Source: Eledone cirrhosa (Eukaryota). Taken from it: a stretch of DNA of 64,000 nt. The notes under the pieces were generated by a model. It had not been told where the DNA came from, ran no database searches, and saw only the letters and a program-made list of their open reading frames with translations. Position 1 is the first letter of the stretch, and each line of letters begins with the position of its first letter. Below, piece by piece: positions 38,885 through 53,587 of the stretch. The translations under genes were made by a program, and so were the position numbers. The DNA lies in contig OZ024741.1 in the NCBI GenBank assembly GCA_964016885.1, forward strand, positions 189,596,001-189,660,000, written 5' to 3'.

Positions 38885-39528
38885 TGTAGTGACCTACATT
38901 CCGCGGGCTCACATACATTCTCTGTGTGTCGTTTGGCTCAGCTCAGCCAATCAGCGCCAGTAGAAGAGAATGTATCTCTACGCGCCCTGAGGGAAAAATT
39001 CCCGCGTTGATTTGAAGAATCAGCCTCTCGCATCCCAAACTTCGAAGGAGCAGCACGTACAGCATGTGACGGTGAGATTTTGCACTTTGGTCTGCCGGCC
39101 TTCCTTGGGCCTGGCACAATGGCACATTCCCTTTTGTAACCTCATTTTATGTGTAACTTCAACCATACAAACTGACAAACCAGTAATGCACTGGGTAATT
39201 GCTGGCCTTGTGTCTAAAGTAGAAACAATTATTTGTGCTACAACAAAAATAAACATACATTTCATCTCTAATTTCTGCTGTTGACATCATTATTATGTTA
39301 CTCGTGTCCCAATAACATTTATATATTAGGCTGCTATAAATGGTGACCCCGACGTCATCTGTACCGTCTTACGTCTAGAGGGGGAGTATTGTAGTGACCT
39401 ACATTCTGCGGGCTCACATACATTCTCTGTGCGTCATTTGGCTCAGCTCAGCCAATCAGCGCCAGTAGAAGAGAATGTATCTCTACGCGCCCTGAGGGAA
39501 AAATTCCCGCAGAATGTAGGTCACTACA
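38885..39528 (+). mobile_element. Miniature LTR element (TRIM-like): LTR, PBS, PPT, partial LTR, inverted terminus; 4-bp TSD
   Basis: LTR 38885-39338 starts TGTAG. PBS TGGTGACCCCGAC at 39341-39353, PPT AGAGGGGGAG at 39377-39386. Second LTR copy starts at 39390. TAGG at 38881-38884 and 39529-39532. Confidence 0.85.
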
Positions 39529-41688
39529 TAGGCCTGGCCAATATAAAACGCTGTGTGAAAAGCCGTTGAATGAACAAATAAAACAATATATTTATTAATT
39601 TAATAACCTGCTACGAGGCTATTGTTGGCAATGTATGAAAACATGGCCTAATTTGTTGTGGTGTATGCGAGTGTGCAATGATTTAAAAGATGTCATTTAC
39701 CGTATTTCTGGAATGCGATGAATTTCGTTGGCGTGGTAGCAAGAGAGTGAGAGAGAGAGAGAGAGAGTGAGAGTGAAAGACCCAAAAGGTCTCTGTGAGA
39801 CAGTGGACTACATCTTAACTGCTCGAAATCAATTCTGAAACTGTTTTCCTTTACTCTGGGAGCCAGCCATTGACCACTATTGCTCATTCTTTCTCTGGAA
39901 CACGGAACAAATAGATTACCGTTTGCTATATCAAAATCTCAACCATATTGACGACTAAAAACGAATTCATCATAGAAACTTATCTATGAAGCCACCAAAG
40001 GTCATTTTATTTGTGGCCACTTGATAATGTGAAAGAAATTCTATTGAGTAGAGTATCAAATTACTACTACAGACTATCCACACCTGAAGACATTACTATG
40101 GGCTTTGAACTGTTTCTACAACCTAATTTCTACAACAGCAACATGGATTCCACATGTTGGTGGCTCACAGCCTAGCAGTTGTGCTTTGCCATAAGGATAT
40201 TCTGATTCGATGGCAGAACCTGCTCCTCCGTTGCTTTTTTATTTCTTTTTAATCTGTAACAGGAACATAGCTTTGGTCGGAAGAGACAAATGTTGTCAGC
40301 ATCCACATGACAGAACTCTCTTCCTGCATTCGTTATTGGTGTCCAGATATGTGTTGAAGCCAGTGTGGCATTCGTTTGTAAGGAAGACCCTCACTTAGCT
40401 GACATTCCAGACAGAGCTGCAGTCTAGCATAAAGTGCCAAGTGAAAGTGAGTGTCTGTAATATAGAGTATTATTAGATGTGTACTACGTTTCACTGACTA
40501 AATACTGTAAATAGAGGGAGAACAATCCCTGAGCATTAGTAGAGAGCATGAACGATGTTTGGGGGGTGGGGTGTTACTGTGTTTCCGAGGGAGTTTCAGA
40601 TTCAGCATTATAGACTACTTCTATAACTCCTTGGCCTGGCAGTGCTACCTTCTTGCAAAAATTGTACAAACAATACAAACAATATTACATATGGGACAGG
40701 CTGTAGGGAAGACAAAAATGTTCTACATGCACTCATTTGTTAATAAATTTGTCTTGTAGCTACGGCGTTGTATAGGAAAGGTTAAGTTGCTTTCAACCAC
40801 GATTGTTCTGTAGCCTTCCTTGAACACGAACAGTCGGACAGGGTTAGTTGTGGCTGATGACAAAAGCAAAAGAGGTAGTTTTGTAAGACTGAAATTTAAT
40901 ATGAAGCCCTTTACTTTCAAACAAATCCATCGTTGTCATTTGTCAGTAATAGAAGTTTAGGGGAAGACACAAGGAGAGAGAATGGGGTGGGGATGTTCTC
41001 ATCCCCCACACATATGTTGTTAGTCGATAATTAGGTGCGATTCATGGATCAATTGCAGTAAATATATAATACTTCAGCCTAGCTGAAGATCACATTTCCA
41101 TTTTCGACATGCAATGGCTTTCTCATACAATGTGTAACGTCATTAATCTTACTTTTATTGGTTAGTCAAATGAGGCATGACAGGACCCGTAGCCCTTTTC
41201 AGAGACTCTGGAACACGTGAGATGAAGAGAGGATGTTATCCCCTAACCGGAGACCTCACCCGAATTGCAATAGAGTGAACTCCACTAAAGGCACTCAAAC
41301 ACCAGGTGAGGATGGTTTAATTATATTAGATTTAATGTTTGACTCTTTCATTACCATATTTCTAATAAAATGCACTGTAATTGCATTGATTAATAAAGAA
41401 TTTGGAAGGAGGTTCTAAAATCTTTATTATCATGAAGACAGTATTTGCAAGATAATATACAGGTCTGATATTAAATTATGTTGGATATTTTAATTTACAT
41501 AGGAACTCTTTAAAATGGGTAGTTTTGTTCCATAAGCCCAGAAGCGGTTTTGTATTAAATGGGTTAAAGAGAATCAAAATGTAGACCAGATAATGTATCA
41601 ATTAGCATGCTGAGATATAGCCCATCCATCGTTTCTATATAAGCCTGTATTTACTGAGGTGAGTTTCCTTTTTATTATATCTAGGATA

Positions 41689-42220
41689 TACAAGAGGGCT
41701 TCAAAAAGTTCGTGAGAAAAGTACATAGCTAAAAATCATATGCAGAGATTTTGATCGCAATGCACATGTACATTCTCATATTAACGTATTATAACATGTT
41801 CTAACATGAACCCTTAAATGCATGTTGCAAAGTGGCACCGCCAGTCAGAATCAGCGCCCACTCGAGCAACATCAAAACATCAAATTCATGGTGAAGCTAG
41901 GGTGGAAGAGCAACCAAATCATTGATGCTCTGGAGCAAGTTTATGGGGACAAAGCCCCAAAGAAATCAACAACCTACAAATGGATAAGTCGTTTTAGAAG
42001 TGGAAGAAATGAGGTTGTAGATGATCCCAAGTTGAAGATGTTTTGACATGGTTTAAATCGCATGGCCCTCAGTTTTACACAGATGGTCTTAAAGGCTGGT
42101 ATCAACGTTTGCCGAAGTGTATTGACCTAAATCGAGCATATATTGAAAAATAAACATCATAACTTAAACAGGTTTTCTCAAACTGTCTTTTTTCCACGAA
42201 CATTTCGAAGACTCCTCGTA
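41689..42220 (+). mobile_element. Internally deleted mariner element
   Basis: TIRs TA|caagagggcttcaaaaagttcgtg / cacgaacatttcgaagactcctcg|TA. Retains the N-terminal HTH EQHQNIKFMVKLG..VYGD..YKWISRFRSG..DDP. Confidence 0.88.
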
Positions 42221-42238
42221 TATATATATATATATATA

Positions 42239-43555
<1,317 letters not shown>

Positions 43556-43556
43556 C

Positions 43557-43598
<42 letters not shown>

Positions 43599-43636
43599 CG
43601 ATTCTTTGCTTAAACTTTAATCTGTTATTTTAATAA

Positions 43637-43712
<76 letters not shown>

Positions 43713-44003
43713 GCCGGTCGAAGAAGCAACTCATGCGTTCGACCGGCCCTCTCTATCATGAAAAGAAAATCTTTTTCGGGGAAATTATTGGATTTTTCCA
43801 AATTTAAAGGTTTATTAGAAACTTTCAATGTTTATTTTAGGTATTGCCGTCTGCAGAGCTCAGGCTATCTTAACTTATAATCCTCAGTGAAATATGTATA
43901 ACGGAGTTTTAAATCAATAAACCTGAACTAACTGAATATGACCTCCGATCTTTTATTAATATCTATATCTATATACTAATATATTAATATATATATCTAT
44001 ATA

Positions 44004-46812
44004 CCTACGACGAGTCCACGCCACGACTTTAGCTTTTAACAAACGCACGCAATTGCCGTCGCAGGTCGATGAACAAACAGAAGCACAATTTAGTATAGCT
44101 AGATCTAAACTTAGAAATATTATAAGACAGTATAGCAAGAAGCAAAATAAAATGGAGGCCCAGCAACTGGGAGAAAAATCTGCAAATGGCTTACGTAAGC
44201 TCATGCAGCGCTCGCGTAATGGTGAGATTGCATGCTTTCCAACAGACAAGTCTGGCAGTATGTCGGTTGACAGTGTGTCAAACTACATCCAGGCAATGCA
44301 ACCCCACATCACTAACACAAGAGAAGTAACACCACAAGAGCATGAGGATAGGGAAAAAACCCTCAATGCCCATATGATGATGTGGACAAACATAATGCAG
44401 CCCAACAAAAAGACTGCCAACAACTTCCAGGCCTGGAACAATGACGTGCCAGCGTTGTATGGGCTTCGAAAAGACCATAAAACGAGCAGTGACCCTGTCA
44501 CAGGACCACCAACACGGCCAGTCTGTGGAGCTAACATTGCTAGTAACTACAGACTTTCCTACTTCCTCTCCCTGATCATACGCCCCATCATTGAAATGTC
44601 CCCAGATATATGTGACAGCACGGAGGACCTCCTCAGCAGAATCAGTGAAAGTAACCGATCTAGGGACCTAACAAACTGCATAATAGGTAGTATGGATGTT
44701 GTGTCCCTATATCCATCTATTGACGTGGATTTTGCTGTGGAGAAATGCGTAGAAATGATCAGTGAGAGCAATGTTGAATTCTGTGGGATTGATACCAGTG
44801 AGCTGGGACTCCTACTTAAACTTACCTATAGTAATGATTATCTAGATACATATGACCTTAGCAACCTGTGCCCTACATGACCAGCAAGAGGCAGACCACC
44901 TACCATTACCTCAATGGCCAAGAAAACCCACACAGATAGATGGAACGGGTGGACCAGAGCCATACGGACCCCGAAAACCACGATGAACTAAAGAAAATGA
45001 TTGCACATGCGGTGGGGGCCAGTATAAAATTAACCCTTAAGGAACATGTGTTCAAATTTAATGGAAAAACATATACCCAAGAGGAGGGAGCAGCCATTGG
45101 TGTTAGCATTGCAGGTGACATAGCTAACCTATTCATGGTATCGTGGGACAATAGACTTAAACTTAAACGTAAAGAACAATTAGAAGACAGCAACCTCTTA
45201 ACCCTGATAATGTACTCCTGATAATGTACTCTACGTTGATGATATAAACATCGTAGTAAAAACACCCCCACTAGAGAACAGTCAGGAATTAGAGAAAAAC
45301 ACCATGGAAAGCATCCAGCAAATAGCTAACTCCATCCACCAGAGTATTAGAGTTACTATAGACTACCCAAGCAAACACCTCAACCATCGATTACCTGTAC
45401 TAGACACAGAGCTCTGGTTAGATACCATTAATAACAAAAAACAAATCCTCCATTCCCATTATGCCAAACCCATGACTTCCAAATATCTGATACACCGAAA
45501 CTCAGCTGTTTCGGACCATACCAAAATCAACATACTGATTGCGGATTTGGTACGGGTGATGAGAAATGTGTCCCGCGTGTGCAACCCCGAAGAACTAAAG
45601 AGACACATACAACACTTCATCCACCGTATGCAGTTCTCTGGTTACAATCAGAGAGATAAAATCAGAGTATATAGAGAAGCCAGAACCAAATGGGAAAAAA
45701 TGGTAAATAATGATACAAATGGGACCTGCCCCTTGTATAGGAGCAAATTTTGGAATAGAATAGAAAGAACTAGGAATAAGGTTAATAGAATAAACTCATG
45801 GTATGATAGCAATAAATACCAGAGTGTAATGTTCATCAATACAACCCCTAGAGGGGAATTAGCTTACAAATTTAGAAGGGCCCTAGATAAACATAAACTC
45901 AATATTAGGATAGTAGAAAGACCTGGTACTTCCATAAAAACACTTATTAGCAATACATACCCTTTTTCAAAGACCTCCCTGTATAGAAAAGAAATGTATA
46001 ATCTGTAAACTAAGCTCCCATATTAACTGTAAAACTAGAAATGTAGTATATAGCATAAGATGTACGGAAAGACAATGTAGAGATAAGAATATAGTGTACA
46101 TAGGTGAGACAGCTCGTAGTATAGGAGAACGGATAAATGAACACTGGCGAGAGCTTCAAGATAGTAAAGAATCATCTGTACTCCACCAACATGCTAAAAT
46201 AGAACATAAGGGTAAATTAGAGAACATAGAAATAAAAATAGAATCTACACAGAGAAAAGACGCAATGATTAGACAAATCACAGAGGCAATAAACATAAAT
46301 GAACTCCAACCAAAATTAAATAGAAAACATGAATGGAATAGCAACATCACAACTTACAATTAAGGACAAAATGAAAACACACACACACATAGAACAAACA
46401 ACCAACCAGTAACATGTAAATAAACAAATAAATAAACAAATATAAACACACACAGCCACCCGGATGTAACACATGCGCAAACTAAGCACACAACACACAC
46501 ACAAACAAGCGTAGGACAGAACAAAGGAGAGGCACAAAAACAAAGAAAAGAATCCCCAATCAGTGAAGAGGTCACAGAATGTGTGACGAAAGAACTTTGA
46601 CAATATATAAACAATCGTCTGGTTGTGGAACCAACCAACCGGAAATTTATAAATTCCTAAATTTATAAATTAATTTATAATAAATTGAAGTGAAAGCAAC
46701 TGGTGCGTGTGTTTCTTATTGGCAACATGACCCTCCCAAAGTATAACAATATCTATATATATTACAATATCTATACAAATATAAATTACCGAGAATCGCA
46801 TTTCGGCTAGTG
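44004..46812 (+). mobile_element. Penelope-like retroelement (RT + C-terminal GIY-YIG), 5'-truncated pseudogene
   Basis: PTDKSG, LYGLRKDHK, RPVCGA, SMDVVSLYPSI, GAAIG, YVDD, LPVLD, KPM, then CKTRNVVYSIRC..YIGETARSIGERINEH..E. Stop at 44878, frameshifts, and a 14-bp duplication at 45204-45231. Flanked by (TA)n. Confidence 0.93.
46559..46601 (+). ncRNA. Degenerate hammerhead motif in the Penelope 3' region
   Basis: tca-gTGAAGA-ggtcacagaatgtgtgac-GAAA-gaact-TT-gac; C3 is mutated. Confidence 0.45.
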
Positions 46813-46816
46813 GAAT

Positions 46817-46972
<156 letters not shown>

Positions 46973-47569
46973 CAGGGGGGAAGAAAAAATGGCTTCACTT
47001 GTGCTTTCAACAAATTTATTTTCTTCACAAAATCCAAAAAGAATTTTTTTCGGGATTTGAAAAAATTTTTTTCTTAAAAAAAATTTTATTTTATAAATTA
47101 AGTTCTTGGTTGTTGGTTAGGTCTTAGGAGTTCTTGGTTAACGTAGGAGGTATTGTTTCGTTTTTAGAACGACCTTTCACGCTGAGGTGCGCTTGTCAAA
47201 CTGATTAGTATGTGGTGTGTTGTTCCATATATAGGGATTTAACATGTCTGTGGTGTGGTGGGGGTTTCTTTTCTCCCCCTTTAATAAGTGCATGGGTGTA
47301 GGTGTGTTGAAAAGGTGTTAATAGCAATAATGAGTTGAGACGGTGAGTAGGGTTGGGTGGGGAGAAATGTAGCAAGTGCGGCCTGCCCCGGTCATTCTCG
47401 AAAAATTCCTTTATTCAGGGGAAAAAGCTTTTAGTATTACTTTTGTGTTGAGAATGGTCACAGGCAAATCGCACCTGCCAAGTTTGTAAATAATTATTTT
47501 TTTCTTTTCTTTTTTTCTGAAGAATTTTTCTACGTCCATCCCAAAGTTAGTCCTTTGTTCAACACACAC

Positions 47570-47757
47570 ATATGTGCGTATATACGTACATACACACACG
47601 GGCATATGTAGGAATATATAGGCACACACCATCAATCACACACCCATGTACAAATACATCCACATACATACACAAAAACATATAGAGACACATATACACA
47701 TACGTACACACACGAATATGTACTCATACCTCCACATGGGTACATATATATATATAC

Positions 47758-47802
<45 letters not shown>

Positions 47803-47928
47803 CACACATACACACATACATATATATATACATACACACATATATATATATGCATATATACATACATATACATATACATACTTATACATACATACACATA
47901 CATACATATACACACACACACACACGTG

Positions 47929-47966
<38 letters not shown>

Positions 47967-48021
47967 TATGTCCGTATATATACCTCCGTTCACACATACA
48001 TGCATACACACACACACACAT

Positions 48022-48094
<73 letters not shown>

Positions 48095-48140
48095 TAGAGG
48101 GAGGCATACACACACACATACATATATACATATATACACT
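47570..48140. repeat. Compound (TA)/(CA) microsatellite
   Basis: Direct reading. Similar tracts at 42790-43135, 43480-43710, 46817-46967, 49512-50530. Confidence 0.95.
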
Positions 48141-49066
48141 CCGCACGCCATCTCACAGTCTATGGCCTACTCCAGTGCCACGGAACACCCGCCCATCGTC
48201 TTACGGTCGAACAACGAACTATCTTCATCTTACAGACCCACACTCCCCCCGGCCTGAACTCCCCACCCTTATTCCTTTAGCCTTATTCCTTTAGCGTTCT
48301 GACCACCTCCCAGCACCAATAGAACACAGCACTCCCACTGCTGACCACTTCCTGTTGCGCGCGCACCCCACATCTCTTCTCTTCCGACCACCGCCTCATG
48401 GATTACCCACACGCAGAATTTGACTTATAACCAATCCTCCAAACATCCTTGGAACTTACCAACTTTTCAACCATCCTCTTACGTCATCACCTATATAACT
48501 CACCCACACACACACCCCAAAAAAATTTTTTTCTCCACACGCCACCCACACCCACAACACGCTTAAACCCCACACACACGTGCTTCCCACCACATATTTA
48601 CACCCTCAGCCTCCTGATTCCTCTCCCCCCACCCCCTATCCACACACGCACAGACACTCCGACCCACAAAAACACCCTCCACACACACCTCTTCCTGAAC
48701 ATGCAACCCCGTTCTTCCCCCAACCCTTACTTTCACATACACACACACACACACACACGCACACCTACACACACACACCACCTTCAGCCCTCCCCGCTCA
48801 GACACCCTGTCTCCCTCTCCCCACTCCACCCGCCACCACCCCTACTCACCCCACACCCTTCCACCACCTGTTTACCCCCCTTTTAATTTCAGTTTATTTT
48901 GATCATGACTTTATTTTTAAATTTTCTCATTCCTTGTATTTTGATCATGCTTTATTTTTATTTTTTATCTTTATTTGTTAATTTTTCATTCGCACCGTTT
49001 CCTTTCGCTATATGTCTCTCCACCACTCCCCTACACACCTTTTGAACTCTGTTCCCACACACTTCT

Positions 49067-49099
49067 CACCTGAGGAAGGGCTTATGTCCGAAACGTCGT
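49067..49099 (+). ncRNA. Minimal hammerhead-like motif typical of Penelope 3' ends
   Basis: ac-CTGAGGA-agggcttatgtcc-GAAA-cg-TC-gt, with AATAAA at about 49136; stem I is very short. Confidence 0.5.
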
Positions 49100-49187
49100 C
49101 CCCCACCTACCCCCCACTCTCCTGGGCGTGAAATTAATAAACATTTATTGTACTGCCTCTCTGTTTTGTCCCTGTTCAAATTTTTCC

Positions 49188-49223
<36 letters not shown>

Positions 49224-49348
49224 GTAGGAGGTGAGTTTTATTGTAGTACAATAAAGCAATGCAGATATCGGATAAGAAGCACTCTACAATTTGTAGGACT
49301 GGAGTATACATAAAATAAGATCAAAAGATGGTTAAAGGAGTTCCATGT

Positions 49349-49417
49349 ATTTTATTATGCGCATTTCAAAAACAAACATCATCATGCAATAATATTTGTG
49401 TTTTCATCAGATAAAAC
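49349..49417 (-). ncRNA. Type I hammerhead ribozyme motif
   Basis: gttttat-CTGATGA-[aaacacaaatat..atgtttgttttt]-GAAA-tgcgca-TA-ataaaat. Confidence 0.8.
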
Positions 49418-49519
49418 AGGAGAACATGATATGAAGGCTAAAAAACACTTGTTGATTTAAAACTGCACTATCCACAAGTGTTTTATAGCCATCTTTAACC
49501 ATCTTTTGATCTTATATTA

Positions 49520-49557
<38 letters not shown>

Positions 49558-49740
49558 CATATACATACATACATACATATATGCACACATAAACGCATAC
49601 AGGCACATACACACATATACATACATATACACATACATATATATCTATATATATATACACATACATATATATATATATATACATACATACGCATACACAT
49701 ACAAGTACATACATACACACATACATATATACACATACAT

Positions 49741-49825
<85 letters not shown>

Positions 49826-50083
49826 TATACACATACACACACATACATACACACATATATACATATATATATGTGTACACACGAGCACATAAAGACACAT
49901 ATATACATACACATATATATATATATATATATACATATACATACATACACCTACATACATACATATACACATACAGAAACATACACATATGTACACACAT
50001 ATATACATATATGCACATACATGCACACACACATATATATAGGTACATACACATACATACACACATATAAACATATATATCTA

Positions 50084-50145
<62 letters not shown>

Positions 50146-50477
50146 TATATACATACAAACATACACATACATACACATACATATACATATATATACACAC
50201 ACATACACACATACATATATATATATATATATACACACACATACAAACATACACATACCCATACATATATATATACACACACACACACACATACACACAC
50301 GCACATACATATATGGAAGCACAAGTGAAGCCATTTCTTCTTCCCCCCTGTTTTAATATACCTAACTGTACCAAGGATTACACACATTTTCCAATATATA
50401 TATATATATATATATATTCATTTATATATATATATATATATACATTTATATATATATATATATATATTCATATATTC

Positions 50478-50532
<55 letters not shown>

Positions 50533-50731
50533 ATAGAAGGAGCTTCTACAGGACTAGTAGTTTCCTTTAAAAAAAAAAAAAAAAAAAAAAAAACGGGACT
50601 AGTACTGTTTCATTCAAAAAACAGGACTAGTACTGTTTCATTCAAAAAAAAAGAAAAAAAAAAAATGTTACTCTGCCATGTATTGAGTACCTTACTTACT
50701 GTGGTTATCCCCGACTCAGCCTGGGACCTAC

Positions 50732-50870
<139 letters not shown>

Positions 50871-51021
50871 CGATATCACATATCTCAATGCTATCAAAGA
50901 ACTTGCGTAAGACGAACCTATTATGTTTGTTTTTAATCCAGGTAGAAGTTTTATCAAAATGTAGAGTTTTCCTAGCTTGCATAATGCTTGTTATGCTACT
51001 GACATCAATGTTGTTAACTAG

Positions 51022-51240
51022 TGAGTTGGCAGTATCGGTGGAGCGTCGGACAACATGCTTTATGGCCTAGAGTTACGGCCTTTTACGATCTAAGTTCAAA
51101 TCCCGCCAAGGTTAGCTTTGCCTTTCATCATAAGGATGAAAGGCAAAGCTAAATAAAGTACCAGTAATGCACTGGAACCGATTTAATCATCGCCTTTTCC
51201 CTTCCACAAAATTGTTGGCCTTATGCCTAAATCAGAAACC
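51022..51240 (+). mobile_element. SINE family A with an internal fold-back
   Basis: A/B boxes; 18-bp inverted duplication at 51112-51152. Confidence 0.85.
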
Positions 51241-51244
51241 AATA

Positions 51245-51430
51245 TTCTAAGACGTAGATGAACAGAGATTTTGTGTTAGAGTGATAAAATTCGACAATAT
51301 CAAATTGGGTAAATTCGGATTTAATCATATTGTCAATGTTATTAAGCCAGTTAATATTTGCAGAATTGATTAATCTACACGTAGGATTGAAGGCAATATT
51401 CTCTTTATGATATTTCTGTGACATCTACGT
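51245..51430 (-). mobile_element. Penelope-like RT fragment
   Basis: FNPTCRLINS..WLNNI..FTQFDIVEFYHS. Confidence 0.65.
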
Positions 51431-52446
51431 TTCCCGTTTAGCTAATTATTCTAATCTATTGCCTTGCTCAAGTATAATGGCTATATTTTTTTACTTTTAT
51501 ATTTAGATGTGTTTGTGCTTGCATTTTTTTAAAAATATATTTTGGTAATGTTGTTATTTAGGAATTAATTATAAATGTTATTTTCTACTTTATAAATGTA
51601 TATTTTATCTGCAAATACGAACGTATTTTTTCTCAATGTTCATAGTATTATTAAGTATTAATGTACTTAGGCAAATTGATGTTGTATATTATAATAATAA
51701 TGAAATATTGTGTATAGTGCTCAGGTGCACTACAACATATATATATATGTGTGTGCGTGTGTGTGAGAGAGAGAGAAAGAGAGAGAGAGTGTGTGTGTGT
51801 ATATGCGTGTGTGTGTATATATGTGTGTGTGTATATCTGTGTGTGTGTATATCTGTGTGTGTTTTACTATAAGCCGAAAAGTTTACGAATAAATTAAGCA
51901 AGTTTACAAAATTGAAATTTCTTCTGGAAAGCTATCATCATAATCTATAAAGCTCAGTGTGTGGTCATGCTCCTTTCTTATAGAAATCTACGATATAGAA
52001 TTTCTTCAATTGAAATTTACAATTCAGTATTCGAAATAGTTTCACCCACAATTACGCAAAAAATAGATAAAACTCAATATTTTACGATTTTTCTCTGTCA
52101 TTTAAACTGCTAAACTCTTTCCACTACCATTCAAAATCTATACAACTTCATACTTTCTGCTACTTTCTCTTTCCAAGCTTGATGGTGATACTGTCCGTAT
52201 TACTCTGTCATATCATTCTGCTTTCCTCCTCTATATACAAACCAAACATTTTGCTACTTTCTCTTTTATACTTCAAATTATTACATTTCATACGAAACGA
52301 CAATTATTCAAAAGCAACAGATACATTTATTCAACAACAAGCGATAAATCTTTTTTAAAATCTCTTTTCCAAACGCATACAAACACACACTCACTTCAAC
52401 AACAACAACAACAATCTGCCTTTTATAGATAATGATAAACAATAAT

Positions 52447-52903
52447 ATCCTCTATGAGGTCACTAAACCTGCTAGAAACAGCAGCTAACTCTCCCCCATA
52501 CCACACCCCTCCTTACTGTCTTAAATTTAGAAAACATATCTTCTATGAGGTCACTAAACCTGCTAGAAACAGCAGCTAACTCTCCCCCATATCACACCAC
52601 TCCCTACTGTCTTAAATTTAGAAAACACATATCCTCTATGAGGTTACTAAACCTGCTAGAAACAGCAGCTAACTCTCCCCCATATCACACCCATCCCTAC
52701 TGTCTTAAATTTAGAAAACATATCTTCTATGAGGTCACTAAACCTGCTAGAAACAGCAGCTAACTCTCCTCCATATCACACCACTCCCTACTGTCTTAAA
52801 TTTAGAAAACACATATCCTCTATGAGGTCACTAAACCTGCTAGAAACAACAGCTAACTCTCCCTCATATCACAACCCTCCCTACTGTCTTAAATTTAGAA
52901 AAC
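52447..52903. repeat. Tandem array of about 91-93 bp, 5 units
   Basis: tctatgaggtcactaaacctgctagaaacagcagctaactctccc...cttaaatttagaaaaca repeated. Confidence 0.95.
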
Positions 52904-53163
52904 ACACAGACAACCATGCAGAACAACTCCATCGCAGCTCTGTTGTTCGGCTGGCATCGTCTACGCGCGTGTTGCGCAAGTACTGTGAAACAATAAATTT
53001 CAACACTTTTTTGCACAGAGATAATATCCATAGGCGAAACTACAATTGTCACTGCTGGCGCAGCTCCTGCTTCCAGGTCTGCAATTCATTCACCCAGTGC
53101 CTGGCAGACAAAAAAGTGCTGCCATAAAATGGGTGGTGCAACCTAACTTTGTTAACTTAATGA

Positions 53164-53192
53164 CCCCGAGCAACGCCGGGCTTTAATGCTAG
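53164..53192 (+). mobile_element. Helitron-like 3' terminus
   Basis: Hairpin cccgagcaacgccggg followed by CTAG|T; the same motif as 61860-61887. Confidence 0.65.
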
Positions 53193-53289
53193 TAAACTAT
53201 AAAATAGTCGAATAAGCCGGGTAAATTTCCCTTGGAGACGGGAAAGGTTGGACAGAGATGTCTGCTGGAATCGAACCATGAATATGTGT

Positions 53290-53339
<50 letters not shown>

Positions 53340-53523
53340 GTATAGGTATCGTTTAATGCAATCCAAGTAGAACTCATAAGTACTCTATATCGAGGATAGT
53401 TCTAACGTTCGGCGTTCATACTCGGATAGCGGTTTTTAGACACCGGACTAATGAAACATTTGTTAATGCTTGGAATAAACCCTTCTGTACAGCCGATCCG
53501 TGTTATTCTTCACTCCTTTATTA

Positions 53524-53580
<57 letters not shown>

Positions 53581-53587
<7 letters not shown>

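Noticed and set aside
39390-39528. Stand-alone 139-bp MITE with 23-bp TIRs
   Set aside because: No TSD around it; it is preceded by a PPT and duplicates the LTR start at 38885, and the TSD brackets the larger unit
41822-42046. Domesticated mariner/SETMAR-like gene
   Set aside because: Only the HTH remains, between TIRs of an internally deleted element
44878-44880. Selenocysteine UGA in a Penelope ORF (as in Naiad elements)
   Set aside because: The element has a C-terminal GIY-YIG and several frameshifts; the TGA fits a CGA-to-TGA decay
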